A stretch of DNA of 64,000 nt from Chiloscyllium plagiosum (GCF_004010195.1 NC_057720.1:7677117-7741116); one strand, 5' to 3'. Counted from the stretch's first letter, positions 38,219 to 51,249 are shown. Notes: generated from the sequence alone by a model not told the origin. Numbers and translations: made by a program.

Positions 38219-39047
38219 GTCTCTTTCTATTCAGGAAAAGAAAAGCTGCATCATAAGTTGTGACACAGAACCGTGGAAAGACAATTTCAATAATGAACAT
38301 TCAGGAGGTATTCCCAAGTTGAACCGGTAGTATCAATTACATTAAATCAACCACATATTGCACACCACAAACAGTTCGAAAATCATTACTGTGCAATTAA
38401 AGTCAGCCTGCTGTAGGTGAATTGGATTTTCGATGGTGCAGAGCATCTTGTATTTCTAATTCCGTAATGAGTGTCCTGGCCAGGAATGGTCAGGAGATGC
38501 AGCTGTCCAGCAGTCTTAACAGACGCCAGCTGTTTGTCAAACTGATGCCTGCTCTTGTCTTGTTTGGGACACTGCGCTCTTTCCAGACTCAGAAAATTGA
38601 GGTGGTCTGGGAGTTGTTGGTTGATGTTTCTGTTTCTGGCTCTCCCTACTGTCAGTGGTTTACTGGCTACCCCAGGGGAACCAGACAGAGAGCCGCACCA
38701 AATCGCTCCGCTTACTCAGCGAGAGGCAGACACTGTGGATCAGGCAAGGCACGTGCTCAGCTGTGGATTTCTTCAGATCACAGTTTACGCTTTTAACATT
38801 TAACAGTTCATTTTTAAAAACTGAGCTACACATATTGGAAGGGAGCCAAGCGATTAAACATTGCTTTTGCTGAGTGCTTTCTTGCCTTTAGCTAGTGCTT
38901 TTTTTGAAAGAGAATCACATTCCATCCAAAATAAAAACATACAAAGCACTGATCCCATCACAACAAATGATCAAACTCTTCCTTTTTTTTACATTCTATT
39001 AATATTAACTAACTTCAAGCACACAACTACTCTACAACCTTGAACAG

Positions 39048-39420
39048 GAGGAAGTGAGGACTGCTAATGCTGGAGATCAGACTCAAAAGGTGTGGTGCTG
39101 GAAAAGCACAGCCAGTCAGGCAGCATCCAAATTCCTTATGAAAAGCGTACGCTCAAAATGTCGTTTCTCCTGCTCCTTGGATGCTGACTGACTGGCTGTG
39201 CTTTTCCAGCACCACACTTTTTGACGACAACCATAAACAGTCTGGGCCTAAAAAAAAGGCATTCACTGCAGAGGAGTGAACTGCCTATGGTTTAGGCGAA
39301 AGTGAGGACTGCGGATGCTGGAGATCAGAGCCGAGAGTATGGTGCTGGAAAAGCACAGCAGGTCAGGCAGCATCAGAGGAGCAGGAGAATCGACGTTTCA
39401 GGCAAAAGCCCTTCATCAGG
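39048..39420. mobile_element. Two PLE-derived family A elements (39048-39226 fold-back; 39295-39420 single arm)
   Basis: Near-TSD ACAACCTTGAACAG (39034-39047) and ACAACCATAAACAG (39227-39240). Confidence 0.85.
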
Positions 39421-39554
39421 TTTCGTCACTTTATTAAAGAATCCTCATTTACACATATCTCTGGACATATCACTGGAGAATTTTTAACCACTGTGAAAGC
39501 TGAATCTCCATAGGTGGTACTCATGCTCAATGTTGATTCAACACGCGTTTCAGA

Positions 39555-40000
39555 GGACAGAGTGAGTGGATTGGGCTTGTACTCTTTGGAGTTTAGAAGG
39601 CTGGGCGGTGACCTTATTGAAACATACAAGATTCTTTGGGGATTTGACAAGGCAGATGTGAAAAGGTTGTTTCTCCTGTTGGAGAGTCCTGGATCAGACA
39701 GATTAATCTCTCATTATCTTCTAATAAGATTACCCATTTAAGACAGTGATGAGGAAGAATTTCTTGTCTCAGACAGTAGTGAATCTGTCGAACTCTTCAC
39801 CACAGAGGGCTGCCAAGGCTGGGTCGTAAGTGTATTCAGGGCTGAAATAGACAGATGTTTAATCAGGAAAGAATCAAGGATTACAGGGAAAAGGCGGAAA
39901 ACTGAAGTTGGGGATTATCTGATCAACTATGACTTCATTTGAATGGCAGAGTCCAATCAATGGGCTGAATGGACTATTTTTGCTCCGACCTTTTATATTC
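39555..40000 (+). mobile_element. Diverged CR1 3' fragment
   Basis: LGLYSLEFRRLGGDLIETYKIL. Confidence 0.85.
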
Positions 40001-40117
40001 TCACAGACCTGACAACCAGGCTGACATTTTAGCATAATACAGAAGAAGTGCTGCACTGCCTACGGTACCGTCTCACAGATGAGATACCAGACCTGCTCCC
40101 TGACCACTCCTTCAAAT

Positions 40118-40438
40118 TAGGTTAGATTCCCTACAGTGTGGAAACAGGACATTCAGCCCAGCAAGTCCACACTGACCCTCCAAAGTGGAACTCACCCAGA
40201 CCCAATCCCCTACATTTATCCCTAATTAAAGCACAATGGGCACTTTTGCATGGCCAATTCACCTGCCCTGCACATCTTTGGATTGTGGGAGGAAACCAGA
40301 GCACCCGGAGGAAACCCACGCAGACACGGGGAGAATGTGCAAACCACACACAGACAGACAGTCGCCTGAGGCTGGAATTGAACTCGCGTCCCTGGTACGG
40401 TGAAGCAACAATGCTAACCACTGAGCCACTGCGCCACC
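40118..40438 (-). mobile_element. HE1-like SINE
   Basis: Reverse-complement consensus match. Confidence 0.9.
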
Positions 40439-40583
40439 CAAAATGACCAGGAGCGATCGCATGTCTTTGAAGAAGAGGTGGGTTTCCCCCAGTTACTGTC
40501 ACAGCTGCAGTGTTTCACTATTCCTGCGAGGTAAGCTTCGATCATGGAGGCCACACTCATCTGTCTTACTCCCTTCTCACAAA

Positions 40584-40769
40584 GGAGAAAGTGAGGTCTG
40601 CAGATGCTGGAGATCAGAGCTGGAAATGTGTTGCTGGAAAAGCGCAGCAGGAGAATCGACATTTCAGGCAAAAGCCCTTCCTGAAGAAGGGCTTGTGCCC
40701 GAAACGTCGATTCTCCTGTTCCCTGGATGCTGCCTGACCTGCTGCGCTTTTCCAGCAACACATTTCCAG
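40584..40769. mobile_element. Fold-back PLE-derived family A element, 15-bp TSD, intact hammerhead core
   Basis: TSD CTCCCTTCTCACAAA at 40569-40583 and 40770-40784; CTGAAGA-A-GGGC-TTGT-GCCC-GAAA-CGTC at 40681-40708. Confidence 0.92.
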
Positions 40770-43769
40770 CTCCCTTCTCACAAACCCCACTGCAGCTCAT
40801 CTGTTAACTGCTCTGTAACATTCATCATTCACCTCCAGAAGGTTCAAATCATTCTTTCTGTTGGTTTTTTACCCCCTTGAACATCTTTTGAGCCTTGTCC
40901 CAATGGTTGAAACACTAACTCTTCTCTTTCTGGATGGAGTTGTTTTTTGTTCCTGCAATTTCTAGCTCCTAATTGGTAAATGTTAGCACTTACGTCGTAG
41001 CATGCAGAACTCTACGAAAGGACTCTGTTTCCTTCAACAGATCTGTATTTGCTCAGGTTTCTGAGACAGACAGGCAAGTGGTTAGAGCATAAAATCTTGT
41101 GAGTTTTTGTCCCTGTCACAAGCTTGCGTTTTTTTGTTAAGACATCTGTCATCTGCAACCAAAAAATAAATGGCTGGTTCTCTCAATCCTTCGTCTAACT
41201 TCTGGATTACATCTGACATCTTCGGTCATCATTTGTCCTAAACAGGCAAACGTCTCTGCTTGATCCTCTGACACCATCCACTTCAATCTTCCCTTTAGTT
41301 CCTTCTAATGCATTTCTTCCAAATTCCAATCGTTATGCTGCAACCACCATCACTTAAAACTAAAATCTGGTCATTATCACAGCGTGGGACTTTGCTGTTT
41401 CTGGGTCTTCTGCAGCACAACAGAGGAGCTCCCCAGCCAATGTTGGTTTAATGTTGTCAATTATTGTTATGTCTACATAGCAATAGCACTTTGCATGTAA
41501 ACTGTTAAGAAAATAAAGACCTCAGGACATCCCTAAGCACTTCACAAGCAATAAATTACAACAATGACTACTAACGGTGATATGGGAAATATGGCAGTCT
41601 ACTCATATTGCAATGAGATTATAGCCTGGGCTTTACTGTAATGATCAAAAAAATCAGTGGCAGCATTATCACAGTGTAAATTAACACCAACTTCAGCCAC
41701 AACACAGTCAAACGCAAAAGTACAGATGGTTTATTTTTTCATGGGATATGGATGTCACAAGCTAGATCAGCATTTATTGCCCAGAGTGCAGTTAAGAATC
41801 AACAATATTGTTCTGGGGCTGGAGTCACATGTAGCTGAGATCAATTAAAGACAGTACATTGCCCTCCCTAAAGGACATTAGTGAATCATTTTTTTTTTTG
41901 AAACAACAAACATCCACTTCTTGCATCTCCAACACTCAATAGCCACAGTACATACTGTCTACAAAATCCAGTCCAGAAATTCTCCAAATTAATCTCTTTA
42001 GGCAGCACCTTGCAAACCCATGATCTCTAATATTTAGAAGGACAAGGGCAGCAGATACTTGGGAACACCACACCCCAACAAATTCGCCTCCAAGCCAAAG
42101 ATGTGCAGGTTAGGTGGATTGGCCGTAGTGTTCAAGGCTGTGCGGACTGGGAGGATTAACCATGGGAAATGCAGAGATTGGGTGGGAGAGGGAGGGATGC
42201 TCCTCTGAGGGCCTGATGGTACAAATGGCCCGCTTCCGTATTCTCGGGATTTCATGATTCTAAGCCGCCCACCATCTTGACTTGAAAATATACCGTTGTT
42301 CCTTCAGTGTCACTGGGTCAAAAGCCTGGAAATCCCTCCCTAAGGGCATTGTGAGTCAACTTATAGCACATGGACTGTAGCAGTTCAAGAAGACAACTCA
42401 CTATCACCTTCTTCCAGGGCAACGAGGGACAGGTAATAAATATTGGTCCAGCCAATGACACCCTCATTCTGTGAGTGAGTATAAAAACAAACAACAGTAA
42501 TTACATGGTTATCATTAGGCCAGCTCTCTATTCCAGAAATTATGGAATTCATATTTAACATCTGCCACGGTGCAATCTGAGCCTATCTCGCAGATGTTTG
42601 GCCTACAACCTGGATGGTTAGTCCAGTGACATTACCACTACACCACTGCCTCCCCTTAAGTACAGCAGATCCCTCCATAGAGATTGTTGCTGACAAACTC
42701 AGCAGTGAAATCATTGACTGTATGAACTGACAGAACTGGAGGATAGCCACAGCATGGAGGAAGACCAGTCGGACTGTCAAACCTATGCCAGCTCTCAGCA
42801 GAAGCAAATTAGTTAGCCCCACTCCACCACCCTTTTCCTGTAGCGCCACAATGATTTCCCTTCAGGTGCCTATCCAATTCTATTTCTAAGACAAGGCCTC
42901 CAAAGCCTTTCTCATATAAAACATATAAATGCAGGTATGGGAAAATGAATTCTATGAGCCTGCTCCACCATTTAATAAAATTATGGCCTCAACTTCAGTT
43001 TCCTACCCACCCCAGATTAACATAGATTTTTAACTTATGAGCACATCAAACTACATCTTCCTTAAAAATGTTTAATGACTACTGCCTCCAATACTCTATT
43101 GGGAAGAGAGTTCCAAAGACTCACGATCTTTTGAAGAAAAAAATTCTTATCTCCTCATTTTCAACTATTGTCCCTGTTCTAGTCTTTCCCTCAAGAGAAA
43201 ACATCTTTTCAACATCAAATCTGTCAAGTTCCTTTACGATCTCACAAGTTTCAACAAGCACCACTCTCTTCAGTTTAATTTCCAACTGATACAGGCACAG
43301 GACGTCAAATGCTTCCTCATCATTTTTCCTCATCAGATAACCAACCACTTCTTATATGTACGACTCATAAAAAGTGCATTCTAAATCAGGATCACTCACT
43401 ACAAAATCAAAACTTTTCTTTAAACTGCTTATGGTTCATTTTGCTAAACACTTTAAATTTTAAATTGATATACTTACCAATGAGAACCACAGCAAAGTGA
43501 TGAAACAAAAACTGAACAATAGTGCAGGTGGTTGTATTTACAAGTTGGGTCTTAGTAACATAATAAATAATCATTACTCCTGAATAACCTCTCAGACCCT
43601 GAAAAAATTCTAATTTCATAAAAATAGAGTTTCATTTCCTCAGACATTTTAAAAACTGAACTGTTTATTTTCTTTACTGTCCTGTACAAATCATGGCCTC
43701 AACTCCTCTTTCATGATAAACATAGTCGTCAACGCTCAAACGTCTACCTACCCTCCCCTTCAAAATACT

Positions 43770-45325
43770 TACAAGAACAAAGAACAAAGAAAATTTACAG
43801 CCCAGGAACAGGCCCTTTGGCCCTCCATGCCTGAGCCAATCCAAATCCACTGTGTAAACCTGTCATCCAATTCCTAAGCATCTGTATCTATCTGCTCCCC
43901 ACCTACTCATGCATTTGTCCAGATGCATCTTAAATGAATCTACCGTGCCTGCCTCTACTACCTCTGCTGGCAACGCGTTCCGGACACCTACCACCCTCTG
44001 TGTAAAGCACTTGCCGCGTGTATGCTTAAACCTTTCACCTCTCACCTTGAAAGCGTGACCTCTTGTTATTGAATCCTTCACCCTGGAAAAAAAAACTTGT
44101 CTATATCCACCCTGTCTATACCCTTCATGATTTTGTTGACCTCAATCAGGTCCCCCCTCAAATCTCCTTTTTTCTAATGAAAACAAACCTCACCTACTCA
44201 ACCTCTCTTCATAGCTAGCACCTTCCATACCAGGCAACATCCTCGTAAACCTTCTCTGCACCCTCTCCAAAGCGTCCACATCCTTTTTGTAATGTGGTGA
44301 CCAGAACTGTACACAGTATTCTAAATGTGGCTGAACCAATGTCTTGTACAAGACATTTGGGATCACTGAAATAGCCATTTCAGTGAGCTAGCCTCCACAA
44401 CTCTCTAAGTAAAAGACTTCTAGATACACACTGTCCTGTAGTTGAAAAAATTCCTTTGCTTCTCAGTTTTAAATGAGTATCTCCTGATTCTGTAACTTGT
44501 CCCATATTTATAAGATTCTGCCACTAGTGAAAACTTCTTCTCAACATCTACTCCTTAAACATTTGTACGTTTCAATAAGATCACCCCCCCCCCCATTATG
44601 TGATTGCAATCTCAACTCTGCTTTCCCATATATATGGCAATACCCTTCAAATTCCTTTATTGATCTACATTTACGATACTCTCTGGAGAAAGATCTGCAG
44701 AGCCTCACAGCCCACTGAGAGAATAAAAGTTCTCCCCATTTCCATCTTTGATAGGCAGACACTTATTTTTAAACATTTTTTGAAAATGTGAACATGCAAC
44801 TTAGAAACATTAGAACTCTGAGCAGGAAGAGGCCATTCAGCCCCTTGAGCCTGCTCCACCATTCAATATCATCATGGCGGATCTCATCTCGGCCTTAACT
44901 CCACTTCCCTGCCCTCCCTCCATAACCTTTCAACCCATTACTCATTAGAAACCTACACCTCCTTAAGTTTACTCAATGTCCAAGCATCTACCATACTCTG
45001 AGATCATGAACTTGACATGAAGCAATTTCTCCTCTTCTCTGTTCTAAATCTGCAACCCCTTATCCTAAAACTGTGACCTCTCTTTCTAGACTACTCCACA
45101 AGGAAACATCCTCTCTATGTCTACTTTGTTAATCTTCTTCACATACCCCATTTAGATCCCTCATTCTTCTAAACTCCAGAGAGAGAGTTGCTCAATCTCT
45201 CTTCATACAGCAAACCCCTCATTTCGGGTATCAATCTAGTGAACCTCCTCTGAACTGCCAACTACATCCCTCCTCAAGTGAGGGAACCAAAACTGCAATA
45301 CTCCAGGTACACAGTCTCATTTGTG
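43770..45325 (-). mobile_element. Cluster of minus-strand CR1 3' fragments (43770-44350 young; 44380-44770 and 44800-45325 older)
   Basis: [36 protein letters not shown]; (AAGAACAA)n tail at 43772. Confidence 0.85.
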
Positions 45326-45826
45326 TCTTGGACCCATTCACTGAGTCTCCTGAGCCTGCTCCACTGTTGACTAAGGTTGCGATTGATCTCATTACTGCAC
45401 ACTGCCACCCATCCCCAAAACGGCGTCCCCGCATTTCCAACCACTCCAACACGACGGAACAACCTTTCAGTATTAACCCGGCATCCTACCTGTTTCAAGC
45501 AGATTTTCTCGAATTTTTCTAAACACCAATGGATACAAGCATAGGTTGGGCAACAAATGCCAGCCTTGCCGACGATATTCACACCCCATTGAAGAAAAGA
45601 AACAAAGAGAAGTTGATAGGAACTGAGTCACTTATTCTCGATCTTCATGCGCACAATGGCAAGCCAATGGATCATGTGACTATGGTGCCCGATTTACCAC
45701 AGTCAACAGCGTAGAGGTTTTTCAGGAGGACAGTAACAGGGAGTGAGAGTTCTGATCAATGTATACCTCTCCAAGTGGCTCACAGTTCCTTTGCAGTTTC
45801 TGCAAACTCCTTAATCTTACTGGCAT

Positions 45827-46385
45827 TGGCATCCCAGCTCCGAAATGGCAGGCGAGACACAGGTTAACTGAGGAAATGTTTCAGGGATAGCCTCAAGGTC
45901 TCACCAGCAAAGTGTGGCATTCCTACCAATACCTAGGAATCACTAACCCAAGACTGTCCAAAATAAAGGACCAGCATCCAGGAAGGTATTGAGCACCTTG
46001 AGACTCACCTGGCATCCCAGCTCCGAAATGGAAGGCGAGACACAGGTTAACTGAGGAAATGTTTCAGGGATAGCCTCAAGGTCTCACCAGCAAAGTGTGG
46101 CATTCCTACCGATACCTAGGAATCACTAACCCAAGACTGTCCAAAATAGAGGAGCAGCATCCAGGAAGGTATTGAGCACCTTGAGACTCACCATCGGAAA
46201 AAAGCAGAAGCCTAGCGAAAACAGCTAAAGGACCACACCGACGCCCCAACCACCCCCTTCCCATGACCACCTTCTGCCCCCAGTATAACAGAGCCTGTGG
46301 TAGCCACCATCATCCTCAGTCTGTCATCCTCAGAGTGGGAGAGAGTCATCCTCATCTGCAAGGGATCGTCAAAGATGATGATGGT
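45827..46385 (+). mobile_element. RTE-clade LINE 3' end with internal 183-bp tandem duplication
   Basis: QLRNGRR...RKCFRDSLK...KCGIPT...EGIEHLE resembles the RTE C-terminus; (GAT)n tail; copies 45827-46009 and 46010-46192. Confidence 0.75.
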
Positions 46386-46834
46386 GGTTTCCTCGCTAAC
46401 AAAGCAAGGTTTAATTATTTTGGAAGTTAGCTGTTCGTGGGTGATCCAAGAAATTTTAAAACACAAATAATTGACCTTCAGGGGCCTGACCCTGACTATT
46501 AACTGTGCAAAAATTGAAGAAAATACATAGCTCCTCAACCAGGAATATAATTAAAATGCTGTTTTAGTTCCAGTCTGTTAAACACGACCATGGAAGAATT
46601 ATCCTCTGGAATCCACTGCTACAGAAACAATTCTTTTTTTGCAAATAAGAAGTTTCAAGCATGCTGCAGCAACTAGTGTTCATAGATCACCTGACCGTGG
46701 AAACAGAAACATTCAGATCTATTCCACAGCACAGTAACTAAAAGCAAAATAGATGCCGAACAGAAGGACAATAGTTGGGAGTCGTTGGACAAAATTTTGA
46801 TGTGCCCCAAAGCAGTATTTTAAAAGTACAGAAA

Positions 46835-47295
46835 GAAAGGATGCTGGCAGGTCTAGAGGGCTTGAGTTATATGGAGAGGGTGGATAATCTGGGACTTATT
46901 CCCCCTGGCCCATAGGAGATTGAGGGGTGACCTTATTTAGAAGTTTCTAAAATCATGAGGGACATGAAAAGGGAGCCTAGTCAAGGTCTTTTTCCTAGGC
47001 TTGGGGGTGTCCAAAACTAGAGGGCATAGATTTAAGGTGAGAGGGGAAAGATTTAAAAGGGACCTGAGGGGCAATGTTTTCTTACAGAGGGTGGTGGGTG
47101 TATGGAAGGAGCTGCCAGAAAAAGTGGCAGAGGTGAACACAATTATAACATTTAAAAGACATTTGAACAGGTACGTGGATAGGAAAGGTTTAGAAGGATA
47201 TGGGCCAGACACAGGCAAATTGGTCTAATTCAGTTAAGGAAATCTGGTCGGCATGAATGAGTTGGGCCGAAGGGTCTGTTTCTGTGCTGTACGAC
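46835..47295 (+). mobile_element. CR1 3' fragment
   Basis: TRGHRFKVRGERFKRDLRGNVFLQRVVGVW. Confidence 0.92.
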
Positions 47296-49976
47296 ACTAA
47301 AGATATGCAAAGAGTTCAAAGCAGTGTATTCCAGAACTTATAAACCAAAATAACTGTGGATGCTGTAAATCAGAAACAAAAACAGAAATTGCTGGAAAAG
47401 CTCAGCAGATTTGGCAGCATCTGTGTAGAGAAATCAGAATTAGTGTTCCGGGTCAAGTGACCCTTCTGATCTGTTCCTGCAGTTCCTGTTTTTGCAATCC
47501 AGAATTTTATATTTGAGGAAAAGACACAGGCACCATTCATAGGGGATCGAGACAAGAGAATTAGATAGACAGCAGATCAGGTGAATGGGAATTCCTTGGG
47601 AAGAGGAGGAGCTGTTGCAGAACTGGATTACAGAGGCAGGAAGGGGTGCAGCCATGAAGGGAATTAAATATGAGCAAGAGACTTTATTGATTAGAGGCAC
47701 TGCGTGTTATCTTGATCCTAAGGTGAAGTACAAAACTAGATGCTGGCACTTTTCTTAATAATGGATTTATTCACAGAATGTAGCATTATGTGTGTTCACT
47801 TCCTATCCACTGTTCCAGCAGTCTCCCTTTATAAGTGCTCTAATCACTTAATTAAACGACATCCTTCATTTCTGTGTCTTAACAATATAATTAACATATC
47901 ATTGATACTGGGAGGACTAAGGGCCAGTGACAGTCACAAACAATTAGCATCGGATATGGTTTAAGAGATGGGTAACAAAGCAAGTTATTGGGAAAGATGG
48001 TCCAATCAAGGTCTGGGGCAAAACATGGAGGTTCACAGACTTACGCATTTCACAGGGACAGGAGAAGAATGAAGTTTCTGAAGGCAGGGCTTAGATGACT
48101 CAAAGCACGGCAGCCAATCATGAGGAGAATCCGGAAAATCAAAGGGGACCGATAATTTCAATTTTTATATGGAGTACCATCAGCTGTGGATAAAAGGGAT
48201 CCAATTGATGTACTGTACTTGGATCTTTAAAAGGTATTTAACAAGGTGCCAAATTCACATCCTGCAAATGAAGAAACGAGATCACTTTAAGAAGAGTGGA
48301 CTCTCTTCATTACTACTACCACACCCCCCCCCCCCCCCCCCGGCTCCAGCTTCAATCTGAAGACCTGGTTGAGAAAGGGTGAGCTCTAGAAACAGATCTC
48401 AGCATGTGCTCGCCTCTCTAGGCTCGAGAAATCTTCTAAGTATTTCATGACATTCCTAAATCAATTAACCAACGCAATTCCTGAATAGGCAAGAATGCTT
48501 TTGCATTGATTTGTTAATATGGAAAATGTCACCGTGTATAATGAGCCTTTCAAATTAGAACAATTCCTCTTGTTCAAATTTTATCTTGTGATAAACGGTG
48601 CTATGCATGATGAGCATAGATTCGGATCAGTCAGTCCCTAACAAAGCTGTGCTGGGTTTCTGCGGTGCACTCATTTGTATGTTCTGTAATAGTCTCATTC
48701 TCTCAGCAATTGTATTCCCTGGACAGGATGCTTTGGCATATCTTCCAGCTTTTATGTACGGAACATTTAATACTATAATGCATTTAGACACTGGAACAAC
48801 TGCTTATTAGAAAGATAGGATCTCACTTTTTACCTTACACAACTGCAATTTAAAACAGAACAAAAACAGTGTGACTTGTTGTGTATTTAACAATTTCTTA
48901 AAGCGTTCGAAGTCTCTGCAAATTCAGCTGCAAAGAGGATATGTAATACTTAGAAAGTATCCTCCTGCTGGAGACAGATGCAATAAGGGGAATTTAAGGG
49001 ACTTTTACATAAGCATGTGAATATGCAAGCAATGTAGGGATATGGGACAAAGGCGGGGAAAGGGATTAGTTAAATTTGCTGTCATGTTTGGCACAACATG
49101 TGCTGTACGGTTTCATGTCCCATGTTCTAAAATGATGCAGGCTGTGACTTCTGGTCAGGATCTGCTGTTTAGGTAAGGTCATTGGATTAGTTAACTCCAG
49201 AGACTGGGGTTCTGAGGCTTGGGTTCAAAACCCAACATAGCAGCTGGCAGAATTCAAGTTCAAATGATAAAACCTGCAAGTGAAGGTAGGTTTAGTGGTC
49301 ACTGTTTTGGTGTGACAACCCTTCTGGTTCACTAACGCCCTTCAGGGAAGGAAATGGACCATTCTTGCCTTGAGCAATGGCTCAGCCTCGCAAGCCGGTA
49401 CTTCAAAGGAAATGAGGGATGGACAATAAAATGCTGCCCTTGCCTGTAGAACACACACCCATGAAAGGCTTTTATGGGAATGTAGATAAGAGATCATTCA
49501 GTCTAACATGTACAAAGTCTTGTCATGCTCAGAGGCTCTGTTCTTGGGCCTCTGCTCTTTGTAGTTTTTATAAATGACTTGGATGAGGAGGTTGAGAAGT
49601 AGTTTAGTAAATTTGCAGATGACACAAAGGTTGGAGGTGCACTCGACAGTATAGAGGGCTATTGCAGGCTGCAGCGCGACATAGACAGGATGCAGAGCTG
49701 GGCTGAGAAATGGCAGATGGAGTTCAACCTGGATAAATGCGAAGTGATGCATTTTGGAAGGTTGAACTCGAATGCTGAATATAGGATTAAAGACAGCATT
49801 CTTGGCAATGTGGAGGAATAGAGGAATTTGGGTGTGCAAGTACATAGATCCCTCAAAGTTACCACGCAAGTTGATAGGGTTGTTAAGAAAACATATAGTG
49901 TTTTAGCTTTCATTAACAGGGGGATCGACTTTAAGAGCCGTGAGATTTTGTTACAGCTCTACATGTCCCTGGTGAG

Positions 49977-50180
49977 CTGAAAAATGTGTTGCTGGAAAAG
50001 CACAGCAGGTCAGGCAGCATCCAGGGAACAGGAGAATCGATGTTTCGGGCATAAGCCCTTCTTCAGGAATCCAAAACGTTGATTCTCCTGCTCCTTGGAT
50101 GCTACCTGACCTGCTGCGCTTTTCCAGCAACACATTTTTCAGCTCTGATCTCCAGCATCTGCGGTCCTCACTTTCTTCAA
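49977..50180. mobile_element. Fold-back PLE-derived family A element
   Basis: TSD GTCCCTGGTGAG at 49965-49976 and 50181-50192; minus-strand CTGAAGAAGGGCTTATGCCCGAAACATC. Confidence 0.92.
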
Positions 50181-50574
50181 GTCCCTGGTGAGACCACACT
50201 TGGAATATTGTGTCCAGTTCTGGTTGCCCTACTATAGGAAAGATACAGAGGCTTTGGAGAGGGTGCAAAGAAGGTTTACCAGGATGCTGCCTGGACTGGA
50301 GGGCTTGCCTTATGAAGAAAGGTTGAATAAGCTCCAACTTTTCTCTCTGGAGGGGAGGAGGAATAGAGGTGACCTGATTGAGGTGTACAATATAATGAGA
50401 GGAATAGATAGAGTCAATACTCAGAGACTTTTCCCCTGGGCAGGATTGACTGGTACAAGGAGTCATAGTTTGAAGATGTTAGGAGGAAGGTAGAAAGGAG
50501 ACATCAGAGGTAGGTTCTTTATGCAGAGAGTTGTGAATGCATGGAATGCGTTGCCAGCTGAGGTGGTGGAAGCA

Positions 50575-50843
50575 NNNNNNNNNNNNNNNNNNNNNNNNNN
50601 NNNNNNNNNNNNNNNNNNNNNNNNNNNNNNNNNNNNNNNNNNNNNNNNNNNNNNNNNNNNNNNNNNNNNNNNNNNNNNNNNNNNNNNNNNNNNNNNNNNN
50701 NNNNNNNNNNNNNNNNNNNNNNNNNNNNNNNNNNNNNNNNNNNNNNNNNNNNNNNNNNNNNNNNNNNNNNNNNNNNNNNNNNNNNNNNNNNNNNNNNNNN
50801 NNNNNNNNNNNNNNNNNNNNNNNNNNNNNNNNNNNNNNNNNNN
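50575..50843. other. Assembly gap (269 N)
   Basis: Run of N. Confidence 1.
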
Positions 50844-51249
50844 GAGGTAGGTTCTTTATGCAGAGAGTTGTGAATGCATGGAATGCGTTGCCAGCTGTGG
50901 TGGTGAAAGCAGAGTCATTGGGGACATTTAAGCGACTGCTGGACATGCACATGGATAGCAGTGAGTTGAGGGGTACGTAGGTTAAATTACTATATTTTAC
51001 ATTAGGATTCAACCTTGGTACAACATTGTGGGCCAAAGGGCCTGTTCTGTGCTGTACTTTTCTATGTTCTAGTTCATTCAATGTATGTTCTCTTGGTTTT
51101 AAAATCGATCTGGCCTTGGGATAATGTCACATCTGAAGCAAAGATCAGATTTAAGTGAGGAAATTTTATGATAAGAGATTGGTGGAAACTGTTCGAGAAA
51201 CAATCATCCAATGCTTCCTAACTATGTGTAGTCAGTCAGTTACCTCTCT

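Larger units (their letters stand above)
49535..51072 (+). mobile_element. 5'-truncated CR1 containing a PLE insertion and an assembly gap
   Basis: [31 protein letters not shown]; 3' UTR and TTCTATGTTCTA tail. Confidence 0.92.

Noticed and set aside
38422..38796. 124-aa ORF as a coding exon
   Set aside because: Non-ATG start, no recognisable domain, no convincing splice pair
40414..40880. Recurrent LLEKRSRSGSIQG and MPETSILL ORFs
   Set aside because: Translations of the fold-back PLE-derived repeat
48600..48700. C/D-box snoRNA (ATGATGA)
   Set aside because: No suitably placed CTGA D-box or terminal stem found
50479..51081. ORFs spanning the N run
   Set aside because: Artefacts of translating the gap
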